A DNA stretch of 64,000 nt from Flavobacteriaceae bacterium (GCA_030830005.1 JAURNV010000022.1:2169-66168); one strand, 5' to 3'; numbered from the stretch's first letter, positions 18,487 through 31,316 are shown. Numbers and translations are program-made. The notes: generated by a model from the sequence alone, not told the origin.

Positions 18487-20181
18487 ATGAAAAAACAAAA
18501 TATAACAGGATCCGAAGCACTTATTCATTGCCTTTTAGCAGAAGGTGTAGATCTTATTTATGGTTATCCAGGTGGAGCTATTATGCCTTTCTATGATGAA
18601 CTATATAAGTTTCAAGATAAGCTACAGCACGTTTTAACCCGCCACGAACAGGGAGCAACTCATGCTGCACAAGGGTATGCTCGTGTGAGCGGAAAAGTAG
18701 GTGTTTGTGTAGCAACTTCAGGTCCCGGTGCTACAAATTTAGTTACTGGTATTGCCGATGCTATGATTGACTCTACTCCGATGGTATGCATCACAGGTCA
18801 GGTACCTTCACATTTGTTAGGTTCAGATGCTTTTCAAGAAACGGATATTATCGGTATTTCAACACCTGTTACCAAATGGAATTATCAAATTTCAGATGTG
18901 TCTGAAATTCCCGCGATAATGGCTAAGGCTTTTTACATTGCACGTTCTGGACGTCCTGGGCCTGTGCTTATTGATATCACTAAGGACGCACAGTTTGCCT
19001 CTTTTGATTTTGATTACACACCATGTAAAGGCGTACGCAGCTACAAGCCAGTTCCTACCATCAGTATGGACGCAATTGAAGAAGCTGCCGCTATTATTTC
19101 ATCAGCAAATAAGCCTCTTATTGTATGGGGACAAGGTGTGATTTTGGGAAAAGCAGAAGCTGAGTTTAAGACTTTTGTAGAAAAATCAAATATCCCTGCC
19201 GCATGGACCATTTTAGGAGTTTCGGCTATTGCAACAAATCACCCTCAAAATGTGGGTATGGTTGGAATGCATGGTAATTACGGACCAAATAAACTTACCA
19301 ACGAATGCGATGTGCTTATTGCCATTGGTATGCGATTTGATGACCGTGTAACTGGAAGCTTGTCGACCTATGCAAAACAGGCTAAGGTAATTCACCTAGA
19401 AATTGACCCTGCAGAAATTAACAAAAATGTTTTTGCCGATGTAGCCGTTTTAGGCGATGTTAAAGAAGTATTGCCATTGCTTTCTGAGCGTGTCGCTGCA
19501 AAGCCGTATAAAGAATGGTATGAAGCTTTTAAAAACCACGACGAAATTGAGTTTGAAAAAGTTATTAAAGGCGATTTACACCCTACAAAACAAGGGTTAA
19601 CCATGGGCGAGGTGCTTAAAGAAATAAATCGTGCTTCTAACAACGACGCAGTGATTGTTTCTGATGTAGGTCAGCATCAAATGATTGCGTGTCGTTATGC
19701 GCAATTTTCCAATTCAAAAAGTAATATTACTTCTGGTGGTTTAGGCACTATGGGCTTTGCATTACCTGCCGCTATTGGAGCAAAAATGGGTGCACCCGAA
19801 AGAGAGGTTGTAGCTATTATTGGAGATGGGGGCTTTCAGATGACTATTCAAGAATTAGGAACGATTTTTCAAACTCAAGCAGCAGTTAAGGTCGTTGTGT
19901 TAAATAACGATTTCTTGGGAATGGTACGCCAATGGCAACAGTTGTTTTTTGATAAGCGTTACGCGTCTACTGAAATGGTAAATCCTGATTTTGTAAAAAT
20001 TGCTGAAGGTTATTTTATTGATGCAAAACGTGTTACAAAGCGTGAAGATTTAGCGTCAACCGTGAATGAAATGATAGCGTCTGATAAGCCTTATTTTTTA
20101 GAAGTATGTGTAGAAAAGGAAGATAATGTTTTCCCGATGATACCTTCTGGCGCTTCGGTTTCAGAAATAAGACTATCTTAA
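18487..20181 (+). CDS. ilvB: acetolactate synthase large subunit
   Basis: 564 aa TPP enzyme (GYPGGAI, GDGGFQM...NN). Confidence 0.9.
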   Translation: MKKQNITGSEALIHCLLAEGVDLIYGYPGGAIMPFYDELYKFQDKLQHVLTRHEQGATHAAQGYARVSGKVGVCVATSGPGATNLVTGIADAMIDSTPMVCITGQVPSHLLGSDAFQETDIIGISTPVTKWNYQISDVSEIPAIMAKAFYIARSGRPGPVLIDITKDAQFASFDFDYTPCKGVRSYKPVPTISMDAIEEAAAIISSANKPLIVWGQGVILGKAEAEFKTFVEKSNIPAAWTILGVSAIATNHPQNVGMVGMHGNYGPNKLTNECDVLIAIGMRFDDRVTGSLSTYAKQAKVIHLEIDPAEINKNVFADVAVLGDVKEVLPLLSERVAAKPYKEWYEAFKNHDEIEFEKVIKGDLHPTKQGLTMGEVLKEINRASNNDAVIVSDVGQHQMIACRYAQFSNSKSNITSGGLGTMGFALPAAIGAKMGAPEREVVAIIGDGGFQMTIQELGTIFQTQAAVKVVVLNNDFLGMVRQWQQLFFDKRYASTEMVNPDFVKIAEGYFIDAKRVTKREDLASTVNEMIASDKPYFLEVCVEKEDNVFPMIPSGASVSEIRLS

Positions 20182-20183
20182 CT

Positions 20184-20711
20184 ATGGAAAAAAAATACAC
20201 CATTTCGATTTACACGGAGAATAGCGTTGGTTTACTAAATCGCGTTTCTGCTATTTTTCAGCGTCGTCATATTAATATTATTAGTATTACATCATCTGCT
20301 TCTGAAATAGAACATGTATCTCGTTTTGTTATTGTTGTAAGCCTAACAGAAGAAGCTGTAAAAAAAGTGGTGGGTCAAATCGAAAAACAAATTGAGGTGA
20401 TTAAAGCTTTTTATCACACCGATGAGGAAACGATTTTTCAAGAATCAGCGTTATACAAAGTAGCGTCAAAATCACTTTTTGAAGAAAGACATATCCAAAA
20501 TATCATAAAAAACAGTCATGCTAATATCGTAACCGTAAATACTGAGTTTTTTGTTATTGAAAAAACTGGATTTCGGCACGAAACAGAACAATTGTATAAC
20601 GATTTAGCCCCTTACGGCTTATTGCAATTTGTCCGTTCAGGACGTATTTCAGTAACTAAGTCTCCGATGAATATAAAATCTTTGTTAACAGAATTAAACG
20701 ATAAAAATTAA
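20184..20711 (+). CDS. ilvN: acetolactate synthase small (regulatory) subunit
   Basis: 175 aa with an ACT domain N-terminus ([26 protein letters not shown]), directly after ilvB. Confidence 0.85.
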   Translation: MEKKYTISIYTENSVGLLNRVSAIFQRRHINIISITSSASEIEHVSRFVIVVSLTEEAVKKVVGQIEKQIEVIKAFYHTDEETIFQESALYKVASKSLFEERHIQNIIKNSHANIVTVNTEFFVIEKTGFRHETEQLYNDLAPYGLLQFVRSGRISVTKSPMNIKSLLTELNDKN

Positions 20712-20715
20712 ACAG

Positions 20716-22188
20716 ATGAGTAATTATTTTAATACCCTATCACTACGCGAACAATTATACCAATTAGCTCAGTGCCGTTTTATGGATGCTTCTGAATTTT
20801 CAGATGGCATTAAGGCGCTCGAGGGAAAGAAAATTGTAATTGTGGGTTGTGGCGCCCAAGGGTTAAACCAAGGGCTTAACATGCGTGATTCCGGTCTTAA
20901 TGTTGCATACACTTTGCGTAGCGGTGCGATTGAGCAAAAAAGAGCTTCTTATGTTAACGCCACGTCTAATAACTTTTCCGTTGGCACATATGAGGAAATG
21001 ATTCCATCTGCAGATTTGGTAATTAATCTCACACCCGATAAAAACCACACTTCCGTTGTTAATGCGGTTGTGCCTCTAATGAAAAAGGGAGCAACATTAT
21101 CGTATTCGCATGGATTTAATATTGTTGAAGAGGGTGTTAAAATTAGAGAAGATCTAACTGTAATTATGGTTGCGCCAAAAAGCCCAGGTTCGGAAGTAAG
21201 AGAGGAATATTTACGTGGTTTTGGTGTGCCTACGCTTATTGCAGTGCACGATGCTAATGACCCTGAAGGAAAAGGTTGGGCACAAGCTAAAGCCTATTGT
21301 GTAGGAACGGGAGGTCACCGTGCAGGTGTCTTGCAATCGTCTTTTATTGCAGAGGTTAAGTCAGACCTTATGGGAGAGCAAACCATTTTGTGCGGGGTCT
21401 TACAAACAGGTTCTATTTTGTGCTTTGATAAAATGGTGGCTGAAGGTATAGCGCCTAGTTATGCCTCTAAACTTATCCAGTATGGTTGGGAGACCATCAC
21501 AGAAGCCCTAAAACATGGCGGAGTGACTAATATGATGGACCGATTGTCAAACCCTGCTAAAATTAAAGCATTTGAGTTGTCTGAAGAATTAAAAGACATC
21601 ATGCAGCCGCTTTTTAACAAACACATGGATGATATTATTTCGGGTCATTTTTCAAAAACCATGATGGAAGATTGGGCAAATGATGATGAAAATTTGCTTA
21701 CATGGCGTGCTGCTACAGGCGAGACTGCCTTTGAAAAAACCGAGCCTACATCTGAAAGTATTCTTGAGCAAACTTTCTTTGATTATGGTTTACTTATGGT
21801 AGCCTTTGTGCGTGCTGGGGTTGAATTGGCATTTGACACAATGGTTGCTGCAGGGATTAAAGATGCATCTGCGTATTACGAGTCATTGCATGAAACACCG
21901 CTTATTGCAAATACAATTGCTCGTAAAAAGTTGTTCGAAATGAATCGTGTAATCTCAGATACCGCAGAATATGGTTGCTATCTTTTTGATCATGCGTGCA
22001 AGCCATTGCTTACATCCTTCATGAAAAAAATGGATACCTCAGTAATCGGAACAACTTATTCTGCTGATGATAATGGTGTTGACAACCAACGTCTTATTGC
22101 AGTTAACGAAATTATACGAAATCATCCTGTAGAAAAAATTGGTAAAACCCTTCGTGCGTCTATGACTGCGATGAAGCGTATCGTATAG
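20716..22188 (+). CDS. ilvC: ketol-acid reductoisomerase (long, class II form)
   Basis: 490 aa with the Rossmann motif GCGAQG and a duplicated knotted C-terminal domain length. Confidence 0.9.
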   Translation: MSNYFNTLSLREQLYQLAQCRFMDASEFSDGIKALEGKKIVIVGCGAQGLNQGLNMRDSGLNVAYTLRSGAIEQKRASYVNATSNNFSVGTYEEMIPSADLVINLTPDKNHTSVVNAVVPLMKKGATLSYSHGFNIVEEGVKIREDLTVIMVAPKSPGSEVREEYLRGFGVPTLIAVHDANDPEGKGWAQAKAYCVGTGGHRAGVLQSSFIAEVKSDLMGEQTILCGVLQTGSILCFDKMVAEGIAPSYASKLIQYGWETITEALKHGGVTNMMDRLSNPAKIKAFELSEELKDIMQPLFNKHMDDIISGHFSKTMMEDWANDDENLLTWRAATGETAFEKTEPTSESILEQTFFDYGLLMVAFVRAGVELAFDTMVAAGIKDASAYYESLHETPLIANTIARKKLFEMNRVISDTAEYGCYLFDHACKPLLTSFMKKMDTSVIGTTYSADDNGVDNQRLIAVNEIIRNHPVEKIGKTLRASMTAMKRIV

Positions 22189-23438
22189 TGAGACCTCTAC
22201 TTGATTTATCGATTATAAAAGATGCTGCTAAACGGGTGGGCGAGGCTACTGCTCCTACGCCGCTTACCTTGCATGAGCGTTTAAGTGCTATATATGACGC
22301 AAACGTTTTTGTTAAGCGAGAGGATTTACAAGCTGTTCGTTCGTTTAAAATTCGGGGGGCTTTTAATAAAATATCAATGCTTGACAGTGAGGATCGCGGT
22401 AATGGTGTAGTCTGTTCAAGTGCTGGAAATCACGCTCAGGGAGTTGCTTATGCGTGTAGTTATCATAAAATCCACGGTACTATTTTTATGCCTTCCCCAA
22501 CACCACAACAAAAAGTTTCTCAAGTGGCCATGTTTGGTGGGGACAATGTAACCATAAAACTTATTGGAGATACCTACGACGATTGTTTCGATGCAGCACA
22601 AGCTTTTGTTCGGGAAACGGGTAAAACATTTATTCATCCTTTTGATGATGAAAATGTTATTGCAGGTCAAGCTACTATGGCACTTGAAATTTTGGAACAG
22701 TCAACATCATCTATTGATTACATAATCGTACCTATTGGAGGTGGTGGTTTGATTTCAGGTATTATTAGTGTGTTTAAACAGTTGTCGCCCCAAACGAAGA
22801 TTATTGGAGTTGAGCCAAAAGGCGCGCCCAGTATGTACAACTCTCTAAAGCAAAATTCACGGGTAACACTAGATTCCCTTGATGTTTTTGTTGATGGTGC
22901 AGCGGTGAAAACTATTGGTGAAATTGGTTTTGACTATTGTGTTCAACATTTAGAAGAGTTATTTTTGGTTGATGAAGGTGAAATATGTCAAAATATACTT
23001 GACATGTATACAAGAGATGCTATTGTAGTTGAACCTGCAGGAGCGATGTCTGTAACGGCTCTATCCAAAATTAGCGCTGAAATCAAAGGAAAAACGGTTG
23101 TTTGTTTAATTTGTGGTGGCAATAATGACATTACGCGTATGGCTGAAATTAAAGAACGTGCCTTGCTTTTTAATAACCTAAAACATTATTTCATTATTCG
23201 CTTTCCACAACGTGCAGGAGCACTTAAAGAGTTTGTTCAGGATATTTTGGGACCTACAGATGATATTACCTTTTTTGAGTACTCCAAAAAAAGTGCGCGT
23301 GAAAAAGGTCCAGCTATTGTAGGAATTCAAATAAAATCTAAAGACGACTTTAATCCATTGCTAAATAGAATGAAAGAAAAGGGCTTTTTTGGCGATTATT
23401 TAAACGATAAGCCAGACTTGTTCCAATTTTTGATTTAG
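22188..23438 (+). CDS. ilvA: threonine ammonia-lyase (short form, single regulatory domain)
   Basis: 416 aa with a GTG start overlapping the ilvC stop by 1 nt. PLP-Lys region (SFKIRGA), GGGGL loop and one ACT-like C-terminal domain. Confidence 0.85.
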   Translation: MRPLLDLSIIKDAAKRVGEATAPTPLTLHERLSAIYDANVFVKREDLQAVRSFKIRGAFNKISMLDSEDRGNGVVCSSAGNHAQGVAYACSYHKIHGTIFMPSPTPQQKVSQVAMFGGDNVTIKLIGDTYDDCFDAAQAFVRETGKTFIHPFDDENVIAGQATMALEILEQSTSSIDYIIVPIGGGGLISGIISVFKQLSPQTKIIGVEPKGAPSMYNSLKQNSRVTLDSLDVFVDGAAVKTIGEIGFDYCVQHLEELFLVDEGEICQNILDMYTRDAIVVEPAGAMSVTALSKISAEIKGKTVVCLICGGNNDITRMAEIKERALLFNNLKHYFIIRFPQRAGALKEFVQDILGPTDDITFFEYSKKSAREKGPAIVGIQIKSKDDFNPLLNRMKEKGFFGDYLNDKPDLFQFLI

Positions 23439-23464
23439 TTTTGCATAGCTATGAAAATAAAATT

Positions 23465-25048
23465 ATGAATATACCAACACAATATTCTATTGATTCTCCA
23501 TTTCATCACAACAGTTTTTTAATAGACGGAGAGCTGACAATTTGGGACGGCCCAACGGCTGATGTATTCTCCTCAATTCACACACCTAACAAAACTGGTG
23601 TGTCTGCACCAACTCATTTGGGCTCTGTTCCAGATATGGACGAAGCTCATGCATTGAAAGCGGTTGATGCTGCCACGAATGCGTTTAATAAAGGAAAAGG
23701 TGAGTGGCCAACCATGAAAGTTGCAGATCGAATTGCTTGTATGGAGCGTTTTGTTAATTTGATGAAATTGCAGCGCGACAGTGTTATAAAGTTATTAATG
23801 TGGGAAATCGGGAAAAACCTACAGGATTCAGAAAAAGAGTTTGACCGTACCGTAGATTACATTGTTGATACAATCAATGATTATAAAGATATAGACCGAG
23901 ACAGTGCAAAATTCCATAATCATGGAGGTGTATTTGCTCATATTCGTCGGGGGCCCATAGGAGTTGTCCTTTGTTTGGGGCCTTATAATTATCCTTTAAA
24001 CGAAACATTTGCCTTGCTTATTCCTGCCATAATTATGGGTAACACGGCAATTTTCAAGCCTGCAAAACATGGAGTATTACTAATAGCTCCGTTGCTTAAA
24101 GCTTTTAAAGAAAGTTTCCCGCCCGGCGTAGTTAATATAATTTTTGGTAGAGGAAGAACAGTAGCTACTCCAATTATGAAAACTGGAAAAGTTGATGTGT
24201 TGGCATTAATTGGTCATAGTTCTTCTGCACTTTCATTGCAGGATTTGCATCCAAAGAAAAGTAGGTTGCGCTTGGTTTTAGGTCTAGAAGCAAAAAACCC
24301 TGCTATTATCTTTGCTGACGCCGATTTAGATAAAACTGTTGAAGAGTGTATTTCAGGGACATTGTCTTTTAACGGTCAGCGTTGTACAGCTTTAAAAATT
24401 TTATATGTTCACGAAGATATTAAAGAGGCTTTTTTATCAAAATTCACTAAAGCTGTCGATGCACTAAAGCTGGGAATGCCTTGGGAAAATACTCTACTTA
24501 CTCCCCTTCCCGAACCCAATAAACCCGATTATATTCAAGAACTCATTGATGATGCGGTTTCTAAAGGCGCTAAGGTGTTAAATCCTCGTGGAGGAGAACG
24601 TACTGAAAATTATATTTTCCCTGCTGTTTTATACCCTGTAACGCACGATATGCGTGTTTATGAAGAAGAACAGTTTGGGCCTGTAATTCCTGTAATATCC
24701 TTTTCAGATGTTGACACACCACTAGACGATATGGCAGCCTCTATGTACGGTCAACAGGTGAGTTTGTTTGGTAAGGATGTTGACATGATAGGACCACTTA
24801 TTGATACACTTGCAAATTTAGTATGTCGTGTAAACCTAAACAGTTCATGTCAGCGCGGTCCTGATGTGTATCCTTTTACAGGGCGAAAAAACTCTGCAGT
24901 AAGCACACTTAGTGTGCGAGATGCCTTACGTTCTTTCTCTATTAGAACTTTTGTTGCAACTAAGGATAATGAGGGTAATAAAGAAATTTTGCGCGAGTTG
25001 TTAGATACGCATAAGTCCAACTTTATCAGTACAGATTACTTGCTTTAA
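23465..25048 (+). CDS. aldehyde dehydrogenase, GapN-like (non-phosphorylating, NADP-dependent type)
   Basis: Track ORF starts at TTG 23441. The first ATG is at 23465 (MNIPTQY...). ALDH motifs are present (LEAKNP, catalytic [16 protein letters not shown]). Confidence 0.75.
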   Translation: MNIPTQYSIDSPFHHNSFLIDGELTIWDGPTADVFSSIHTPNKTGVSAPTHLGSVPDMDEAHALKAVDAATNAFNKGKGEWPTMKVADRIACMERFVNLMKLQRDSVIKLLMWEIGKNLQDSEKEFDRTVDYIVDTINDYKDIDRDSAKFHNHGGVFAHIRRGPIGVVLCLGPYNYPLNETFALLIPAIIMGNTAIFKPAKHGVLLIAPLLKAFKESFPPGVVNIIFGRGRTVATPIMKTGKVDVLALIGHSSSALSLQDLHPKKSRLRLVLGLEAKNPAIIFADADLDKTVEECISGTLSFNGQRCTALKILYVHEDIKEAFLSKFTKAVDALKLGMPWENTLLTPLPEPNKPDYIQELIDDAVSKGAKVLNPRGGERTENYIFPAVLYPVTHDMRVYEEEQFGPVIPVISFSDVDTPLDDMAASMYGQQVSLFGKDVDMIGPLIDTLANLVCRVNLNSSCQRGPDVYPFTGRKNSAVSTLSVRDALRSFSIRTFVATKDNEGNKEILRELLDTHKSNFISTDYLL

Positions 25049-26163
25049 TTGTTTAGCATCACTGGCATTACCAACATGGTAACTTTTTCGCCTTCTTCCA
25101 AACCGTCAACTGGGGTAATAATTCCTGCTCTGTTTGGTAGCGACATTTCAAGTTGAATTTCATTAGAGCTAAGGTTATTTAACATTTCGGTAAGAAACCG
25201 TGAGTTAAATCCTATTTGCATATCGTCTCCTTGATATGAGCAGTTAAGGCGTTCTTCTGCTTTGTTGCTGTAATCGATATCTTCTGCAGAAATATGCAAT
25301 TCAGCCCCAGCAATACGAAGCCGAACTTGATGTGTGGTCTTGTTTGCAAAAATACTGACACGCTTTACGGTATTGAGAAGTTGTACGCGACTAATGGTCA
25401 TTACATTCGGATTCTCCTTTGGAATAACCGCCTCATAGTTTGGGTATTTGCCGTCAATTAGTCGACAAATTAGGACAGTATCGTCAAAAGTGAACTGTAC
25501 ATTACTACTATTGTAATCTATTTTAACTTCTGTTTCACTGCCTAAAAGGACAGATTTAAGTAAGTTAAGCGGCTTTTTGGGCATGATAAATTCAGCCGTT
25601 TCGGGTGCTGACAAATCTGTACGCTCATACTTAACAAGTTTATGGGCATCGGTTGCAACAAAGGTCATTCCACTTGATGAAAGTTGAAAGAAAACGCCGC
25701 TCATTACAGGACGTAAATGATCATTTCCACTTGCAAATATTGTGTTGGTAATCGCAGTAGCTAGGGTATCGCCTAATACAGTTACATTTAAAGCATCTAT
25801 AACTTCTGCGGCTTGTGGAAATTCTTCCGCACTTGCATAAGCAAGTGCATATTTTCCTTGTTCAGAACTTATTTCAAGGGTGTTGTTTTCAGTTTTTGAG
25901 AAGGTAAGGGGTTGTTCTGGAAAAGTCTTTAATGTATCTAAAAGCAAACGGGCAGGAATTGCAATTTTTCCCTCTTGTGTGGCTTCGGCATCAAGTGTTG
26001 CACTAATAGTAGTCTCAAGGTCGGTGGCGGTAACGCGTAGCTTCCCTGGGTGGAGTTCAAAAAGAACATGGTCTAATATGGGGAGTGTGTTGCTGCTGTT
26101 TAGTACGCCACTTAACGTTTGAAGCTGACGTAATAATTGGGTGCTTGAAACAATAAAATTCAT
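25045..26163 (-). CDS. dnaN: DNA polymerase III beta sliding clamp
   Basis: 372 aa with the typical DnaN N-terminus ([15 protein letters not shown]...LPIL) and three-domain length. Confidence 0.9.
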   Translation of the reverse strand: MNFIVSSTQLLRQLQTLSGVLNSSNTLPILDHVLFELHPGKLRVTATDLETTISATLDAEATQEGKIAIPARLLLDTLKTFPEQPLTFSKTENNTLEISSEQGKYALAYASAEEFPQAAEVIDALNVTVLGDTLATAITNTIFASGNDHLRPVMSGVFFQLSSSGMTFVATDAHKLVKYERTDLSAPETAEFIMPKKPLNLLKSVLLGSETEVKIDYNSSNVQFTFDDTVLICRLIDGKYPNYEAVIPKENPNVMTISRVQLLNTVKRVSIFANKTTHQVRLRIAGAELHISAEDIDYSNKAEERLNCSYQGDDMQIGFNSRFLTEMLNNLSSNEIQLEMSLPNRAGIITPVDGLEEGEKVTMLVMPVMLNN

Positions 26164-26228
26164 GATAATCGACTTTAACTACAAATATATTGTTTCAAAT
26201 CACCAACCTAAAACAATTTTATTAACAC

Positions 26229-27056
26229 CTAGCCTTGATTTATGAACGCAATACGAATAGGATCTAAATACGATAATCCAAAAAGGGTATTTGCGCCTCC
26301 ACCATAGGTAGGGTTTCCTTTGAAAATGGCGAGCTCTAAATGCCCTTGTTGATTGAATAATGCTAGTTTTTTTCCATCTTCTTCACGACGTTCTTTAGGG
26401 ACATCATAGCGAATAACTTCATGGTAGTCACGATAAATTTTATCAAAACGATGATTTCTCGCGTGAATGGTAAAAGGACGTTGTTGGCCTACGCGATCAA
26501 ATAGTTTCTCGGTTATATTTGTAATCACGTTCCCAAATCTGTCGATGTGCAAAACGTGTCCTTGAATTTCATTTTGTTGTGTATTGACAAGAGGAACATG
26601 TTGTCTTCGAGTTGTTAACGTTGAAATCGTATTGCCAATAACGCTTAGTTCTCCACCTCTATAAATATGCGAAATGGCTTCTACTGCTTTCTTTTGGGCT
26701 GTATTTTGCGGAACGTTAAGTTTTACGCATAACGTAGGTTTTAGCTCAGGTTCAAGAAGTGATAAAAACCCATTATCGGAGCATATAAAATAATGGTCAT
26801 TAAGTTTTGCTGCTATCAGATCTTGCTCGGGCGTTTGATTAAAATCTACACCTATATAATGGATGCTTCCTTCGGGAAAACTACGATAAACAGAACGTAC
26901 AATATAGGCTGTTTGTGCAATGTGGAAAGGGTCGATTGCATGCGTAATGTCAACGATTACGGGTGATTGCAACTGTTGATACAATTGTGCTTTAAACGAA
27001 GCTACATAAGCGTCTTGCAATCCAAAATCAGTTGTTAGCGTAATTAATGGCATCAA
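26229..27056 (-). CDS. SAM hydrolase / SAM-dependent halogenase family protein (DUF62)
   Basis: 275 aa with the family N-terminus (ITLTTDFGLQDAYVA) and the HIDRFGN motif. Confidence 0.7.
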   Translation of the reverse strand: MMPLITLTTDFGLQDAYVASFKAQLYQQLQSPVIVDITHAIDPFHIAQTAYIVRSVYRSFPEGSIHYIGVDFNQTPEQDLIAAKLNDHYFICSDNGFLSLLEPELKPTLCVKLNVPQNTAQKKAVEAISHIYRGGELSVIGNTISTLTTRRQHVPLVNTQQNEIQGHVLHIDRFGNVITNITEKLFDRVGQQRPFTIHARNHRFDKIYRDYHEVIRYDVPKERREEDGKKLALFNQQGHLELAIFKGNPTYGGGANTLFGLSYLDPIRIAFINQG

Positions 27057-27092
27057 TTAACCTTAATATAATTTATCAATGTAAAAATTATG

Positions 27093-27100
27093 TAATTTTG
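27093..27100 (+). promoter_or_regulatory. candidate -7 box TAATTTTG upstream of phoH
   Basis: Matches TAnnTTTG, 57 nt upstream of the TTG start at 27157. Confidence 0.3.
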
Positions 27101-27156
27101 AATACAAAGTTACCAAAATTCAATCCCTGTTTGGGCGATCTTTTAAAAACAAACAT

Positions 27157-28113
27157 TTGAACGAAATTATTATCGAATTAGCTGAAGTTAATCCTACGGA
27201 ATTTTATGGGGGAAAAAACAACAAAAATATCACCTTACTAAAAAAATACTTCCCTAAAATTAAGATTGTTGTTCGCGGAAATAAAATTACTGCTTTTGGT
27301 GAAGAAGAATTGCTAGAGGTTTTTGAAAAACAAGTTGATAGGCTTGTCGCACACTACGGAAAGTTCAATACCCTTGATGATGAGACCGTTTTGCAAATTT
27401 TGGAAAGTGATGAAAACGATAACTTTGGGTTAGATCCTGACGATAACAAAGTTATTTTACATGGTGTAGGGGGCAAAATCATAAAGGCGCAAACTCAAAA
27501 TCAAGCCCGCTTGGTAGAAGCTATGAATTATAATGATATGGTTTTTGCTGTTGGTCCTGCGGGAACTGGTAAGACTTATACTGGGGTAGCTTTGGCAGTA
27601 AAAGCGTTGAAAGACAAACAAGTAAAGCGTATTATTCTTACTAGACCTGCTGTAGAAGCAGGTGAGAATTTAGGCTTTTTACCCGGCGACTTAAAAGAAA
27701 AGCTAGATCCCTACATGCAGCCACTTTATGATGCCTTACGTGATATGATACCTAAGGAGAAGCTCGATCACTACATTGAAAATGGAATTATTCAAATTGC
27801 TCCCATGGCGTTTATGCGTGGAAGGACACTAGACAATGCTTTTGTGATTTTGGATGAAGCACAGAACACAACGCATAACCAAATGAAAATGTTTTTAACT
27901 CGTATGGGTAAAAACGCAAAGTTTATGATTACAGGCGATCCTGGTCAAATTGACTTACCAAGACGTATGATATCTGGGCTTAAAGAAGCTATTTTGGTTC
28001 TTGGTAATGTAAAGGGTATAGGCATGGTTTATTTGGATGATAAAGATGTTATTCGCCACCGTTTGGTAAAAAAAGTTATTGAGGCCTACAAACAAACTGA
28101 ACATCATAATTAA
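27157..28113 (+). CDS. phoH: PhoH-family ATPase
   Basis: 318 aa with a TTG start, Walker A GPAGTGKT, and the ILDEAQN and [11 protein letters not shown] motifs. Confidence 0.85.
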   Translation: MNEIIIELAEVNPTEFYGGKNNKNITLLKKYFPKIKIVVRGNKITAFGEEELLEVFEKQVDRLVAHYGKFNTLDDETVLQILESDENDNFGLDPDDNKVILHGVGGKIIKAQTQNQARLVEAMNYNDMVFAVGPAGTGKTYTGVALAVKALKDKQVKRIILTRPAVEAGENLGFLPGDLKEKLDPYMQPLYDALRDMIPKEKLDHYIENGIIQIAPMAFMRGRTLDNAFVILDEAQNTTHNQMKMFLTRMGKNAKFMITGDPGQIDLPRRMISGLKEAILVLGNVKGIGMVYLDDKDVIRHRLVKKVIEAYKQTEHHN

Positions 28114-28117
28114 GTGT

Positions 28118-29065
28118 ATGCAAACATTAATGCAATCTGATTTGCGCCTGAAAGGATTCACGCAAAAATATACAGGAAAAGTTCGTGAAGTGTATACTTT
28201 AGACAATGATGTTTTAGTTATGGTCGCTACTGATCGTCTCTCTGCCTTTGATGTGGTTATGCCAAAGGGGATTCCCTGTAAAGGACAAATTTTAAATCAA
28301 ATTGCAGCACATATGCTTAAAGCGACTGCTGATATTGTACCCAATTGGCTTATCGCCACTCCAGATCCCAATGTTGCTATAGGAAAAGCGTGTGAACCAT
28401 TAAAGGTTGAAATGGTCATTCGGGGTTATTTAGCAGGCCATGCTGCTCGCGAATATGCTTTGGGTAAGCGTAGTCTTTGTGGTGCTTCTATGCCAGAGGG
28501 TATGCGTGAAAATGATCCTTTCCCTGAGCCCATCATCACTCCAGCAACCAAAGCTGAACAAGGCGAGCACGATGAAGACATTACACCCCAAGCGCTTGTT
28601 GCGCGTGGTATTGTTTCTCAAAAGGAATACGATACGCTTGTCCAGTATACCAGGGCTTTATTTGCTCGTGGTACAGAAATGGCTGATAAGCAAGGGTTAA
28701 TTTTGGTTGATACCAAATACGAATTTGGTAAAGATACAAATGGGAATATTGTTCTCATTGACGAAATTCATACTCCTGACTCATCTCGATATTTTTACAG
28801 TGATGGTTATGAGGAGCGCCAAGATAGGGGGGAGCCTCAGCGACAGTTATCCAAAGAATTTGTGAGAAGGTGGCTTATTGAGCATGGTTTTCAAGGAAAG
28901 CCAGGACAAAAACTTCCCAATATGTCAAATGCTTATATAAAGTCTGTTTCAGAACGCTATATCGAATTGTATGAGCATATTACAGGACAAGCTTTTCAAA
29001 AAGCAGACCTTACGAATGTTGAAAATCGTATTCAGGATAATTTAGACCGTTTTTTTAAGTCCTAA
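28118..29065 (+). CDS. purC: phosphoribosylaminoimidazole-succinocarboxamide (SAICAR) synthase
   Basis: Track ORF starts at 28079, inside phoH. I chose the ATG at 28118 ([26 protein letters not shown]), 4 nt after the phoH stop. SAICAR synthase motifs are present ([16 protein letters not shown]). Confidence 0.85.
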   Translation: MQTLMQSDLRLKGFTQKYTGKVREVYTLDNDVLVMVATDRLSAFDVVMPKGIPCKGQILNQIAAHMLKATADIVPNWLIATPDPNVAIGKACEPLKVEMVIRGYLAGHAAREYALGKRSLCGASMPEGMRENDPFPEPIITPATKAEQGEHDEDITPQALVARGIVSQKEYDTLVQYTRALFARGTEMADKQGLILVDTKYEFGKDTNGNIVLIDEIHTPDSSRYFYSDGYEERQDRGEPQRQLSKEFVRRWLIEHGFQGKPGQKLPNMSNAYIKSVSERYIELYEHITGQAFQKADLTNVENRIQDNLDRFFKS

Positions 29066-29956
29066 TCGTTGAATTAATGCATCATCAATGACTGTGCTAT
29101 ATGGGATTTGATACATGCAAGGATGATTTCTAAGCCAAGTGAGTTGGCGTTTTGCAAACCTTCGGGTATTTGTCTTAATAGCTTCTATACTTTCTTCTAA
29201 AGATTGTTTTTCTTCAAAAAAATCAAATAGTTCGCGGTACCCCACGGTTTGTAAGGCATTTAAGTTTTTATGCGGAAACAAGTTTTTTGCTTCTTCAATA
29301 AGCCCCTTTTTAATCATATTATCTACCCGTTTGTTTATGCGAGAATATAGTTTATCTCTAGATATAGTAATTTCGATTGAAACTGTATCAAAGGGCCTTT
29401 GTGTTCGAGGTTGTCCTAAAAAGGAAGAATAGGGCTTTCTCGACGTCGTGCACACATGTAACGCACGCAAAAGCCGCACGTGATTTTGCAGGTCAACAAC
29501 GGAATAATATTCGGGATCTAAACGTTTTAATTCAGATTTTAAAAAGTCAAGCCCCTTTTTGTCATAGTGCTCTTGCCATTTTATTTTTACGCTATTGGGT
29601 ATTTTCGGAAAAGCGTCTAACCCGTGAATTACTGCATCTGTATACAAATTTGAGCCCCCTACTAAAATAACAATACTATGTAACTTGAAAAGACGTTCCA
29701 ATAATTTGAGTGCATCTTTTTCAAAATCTCCAACAGAATAGGGTTCGTGTATACTTTTATGTTGGATAAAATAATGCAAAACCCCTTGTTGTTCATCAAC
29801 TGTAGGCACTGCTGTTCCGATACACATTCCCTTATAAAATTGCCGAGCATCACTAGATATTATCGGACAGTCTAATTGTTTAGCTAAAGCTACTGCAAAA
29901 GACGTTTTCCCAACAGCAGTTGGACCAGCAACAGTTATGAGTTTAGGACGCAGCAT
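29042..29956 (-). CDS. miaA: tRNA dimethylallyltransferase
   Basis: Track ORF is 29042..30022. I chose the internal ATG at 29956 ([20 protein letters not shown]-loop). This start overlaps the upstream gene's stop by 14 nt. Confidence 0.85.
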   Translation of the reverse strand: MLRPKLITVAGPTAVGKTSFAVALAKQLDCPIISSDARQFYKGMCIGTAVPTVDEQQGVLHYFIQHKSIHEPYSVGDFEKDALKLLERLFKLHSIVILVGGSNLYTDAVIHGLDAFPKIPNSVKIKWQEHYDKKGLDFLKSELKRLDPEYYSVVDLQNHVRLLRALHVCTTSRKPYSSFLGQPRTQRPFDTVSIEITISRDKLYSRINKRVDNMIKKGLIEEAKNLFPHKNLNALQTVGYRELFDFFEEKQSLEESIEAIKTNTRRFAKRQLTWLRNHPCMYQIPYSTVIDDALIQRLGLKKTV

Positions 29957-31316
29957 CAATGGGTATGATTTCTTTGATTTTATTTTTTCTAATGAACTGC
30001 TGGATAAGGTGTCTTGCAGCACGGGAATCTTTCAAAGGAGTTATAAGTGTTTTTATCGTTTCAATATTTGTTATTTGATAATTTAGACTCACGTAGGCAA
30101 ACCCTTTGTATTGGTTGTCTTGAATTAGTATTATACTTCGTTCATCATGAGTACGTCCTTTGTCAATAACTAAAAGATTTGGTTTAGGAAAACTAAGGTG
30201 ATCAATGCACTGTTGTACGCGCTGATTGTAATCAACAGCAGCTTCCTTTTCTAAACATGCTCCCAAACATTTGTTGTGTTCTACATTTGAACACTCTTTT
30301 TTAGGTGATTCCAGCCCAACCAATTTGAGACATAATGTGTGTTTCTGAGAAAAAAAATAAAGCGTTTTTCGCGCGTTATTAAGGTTTTTGAATGTAGTTA
30401 GGTAGTAAATCCCATCTTGAGCATGCGAAATACGCAAAAAACGATAGCCATAGCTTGTTACGCCCTCTTCCAGTCCAAAACGAATTCGATCGTTTTTATG
30501 TATTCTGTTATGTTTGGGTTTGTGTAGTCGGATTTCATCAACTTCTTTTAATAGCGCAATAAGTTCACTTCCTGTTTCTTCAGTACTGATGCTGTGGGTT
30601 TCGAGTTGAATTTTTAGGGCTTTTCTGCTTTTTCCTGTGAAGTGTTGATTTACTCTTTTTCGCATATTGGTACTTTTCCCAATATAAATGACATCCCCAT
30701 TTTGGTTGTGTAAATAGTACACTCCCGTTACTGGTTTCACTTGATCAACGAGATTTAAAAATTTTCGTGTTACTTGATTTTGGGCTTTTGTGTGTAGCAC
30801 TTTTTTTACAATTGTCTTGCTTGAGTCCTTGTCTAACAAAAGCTTGAGCAGTTTTACTGTTGCTCGCGCATCTCCGGCTGCTCGATGCCTATCACTCAAA
30901 GGAATTCCCAATGAACGAACAAGTTTGCCTAGTTTATAAGATGCCTGTTCGGGAATTAGTTGTTTTGATAAGGCTACGGTACACAGCGAAGGTCTTTCAT
31001 AGTTAAACCCCAATCGATTGAATTCTGTACAAAGCATGCGATAATCAAAACTAGCGTTGTGAGCTACAAGAGTACAATCTTCCGTTATTTCTACAATACG
31101 CTTGGCAACTTCGTAAAACTTAGGTGCATTTCGAAGCATATTTTCGTTTATTCCTGTAAGATTTGCTACAAATGGCTGAATAGGTCTTTCGGGGTTAATC
31201 AAAGAAATAAACTGATCTACAATTGTATTCCCGTCAAACCGAAAAATGGCAATTTCTGTTATGCCTTCTTCATTGTATTTTCCTCCTGTGGTTTCTACGT
31301 CAACAACTGCGTACAT
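29943..31316 (-). CDS. DnaQ-like 3'-5' exonuclease fused to a GIY-YIG nuclease domain
   Basis: 457 aa. N-terminal DEDDh exonuclease motifs (VVDVETTG, AHNASFDYRML, HRAAGDA). Central GIY-YIG motif (GVYYLHNQNGDVIYIGKSTNMRKRVNQH). Confidence 0.8.
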   Translation of the reverse strand: MYAVVDVETTGGKYNEEGITEIAIFRFDGNTIVDQFISLINPERPIQPFVANLTGINENMLRNAPKFYEVAKRIVEITEDCTLVAHNASFDYRMLCTEFNRLGFNYERPSLCTVALSKQLIPEQASYKLGKLVRSLGIPLSDRHRAAGDARATVKLLKLLLDKDSSKTIVKKVLHTKAQNQVTRKFLNLVDQVKPVTGVYYLHNQNGDVIYIGKSTNMRKRVNQHFTGKSRKALKIQLETHSISTEETGSELIALLKEVDEIRLHKPKHNRIHKNDRIRFGLEEGVTSYGYRFLRISHAQDGIYYLTTFKNLNNARKTLYFFSQKHTLCLKLVGLESPKKECSNVEHNKCLGACLEKEAAVDYNQRVQQCIDHLSFPKPNLLVIDKGRTHDERSIILIQDNQYKGFAYVSLNYQITNIETIKTLITPLKDSRAARHLIQQFIRKNKIKEIIPIDAAS

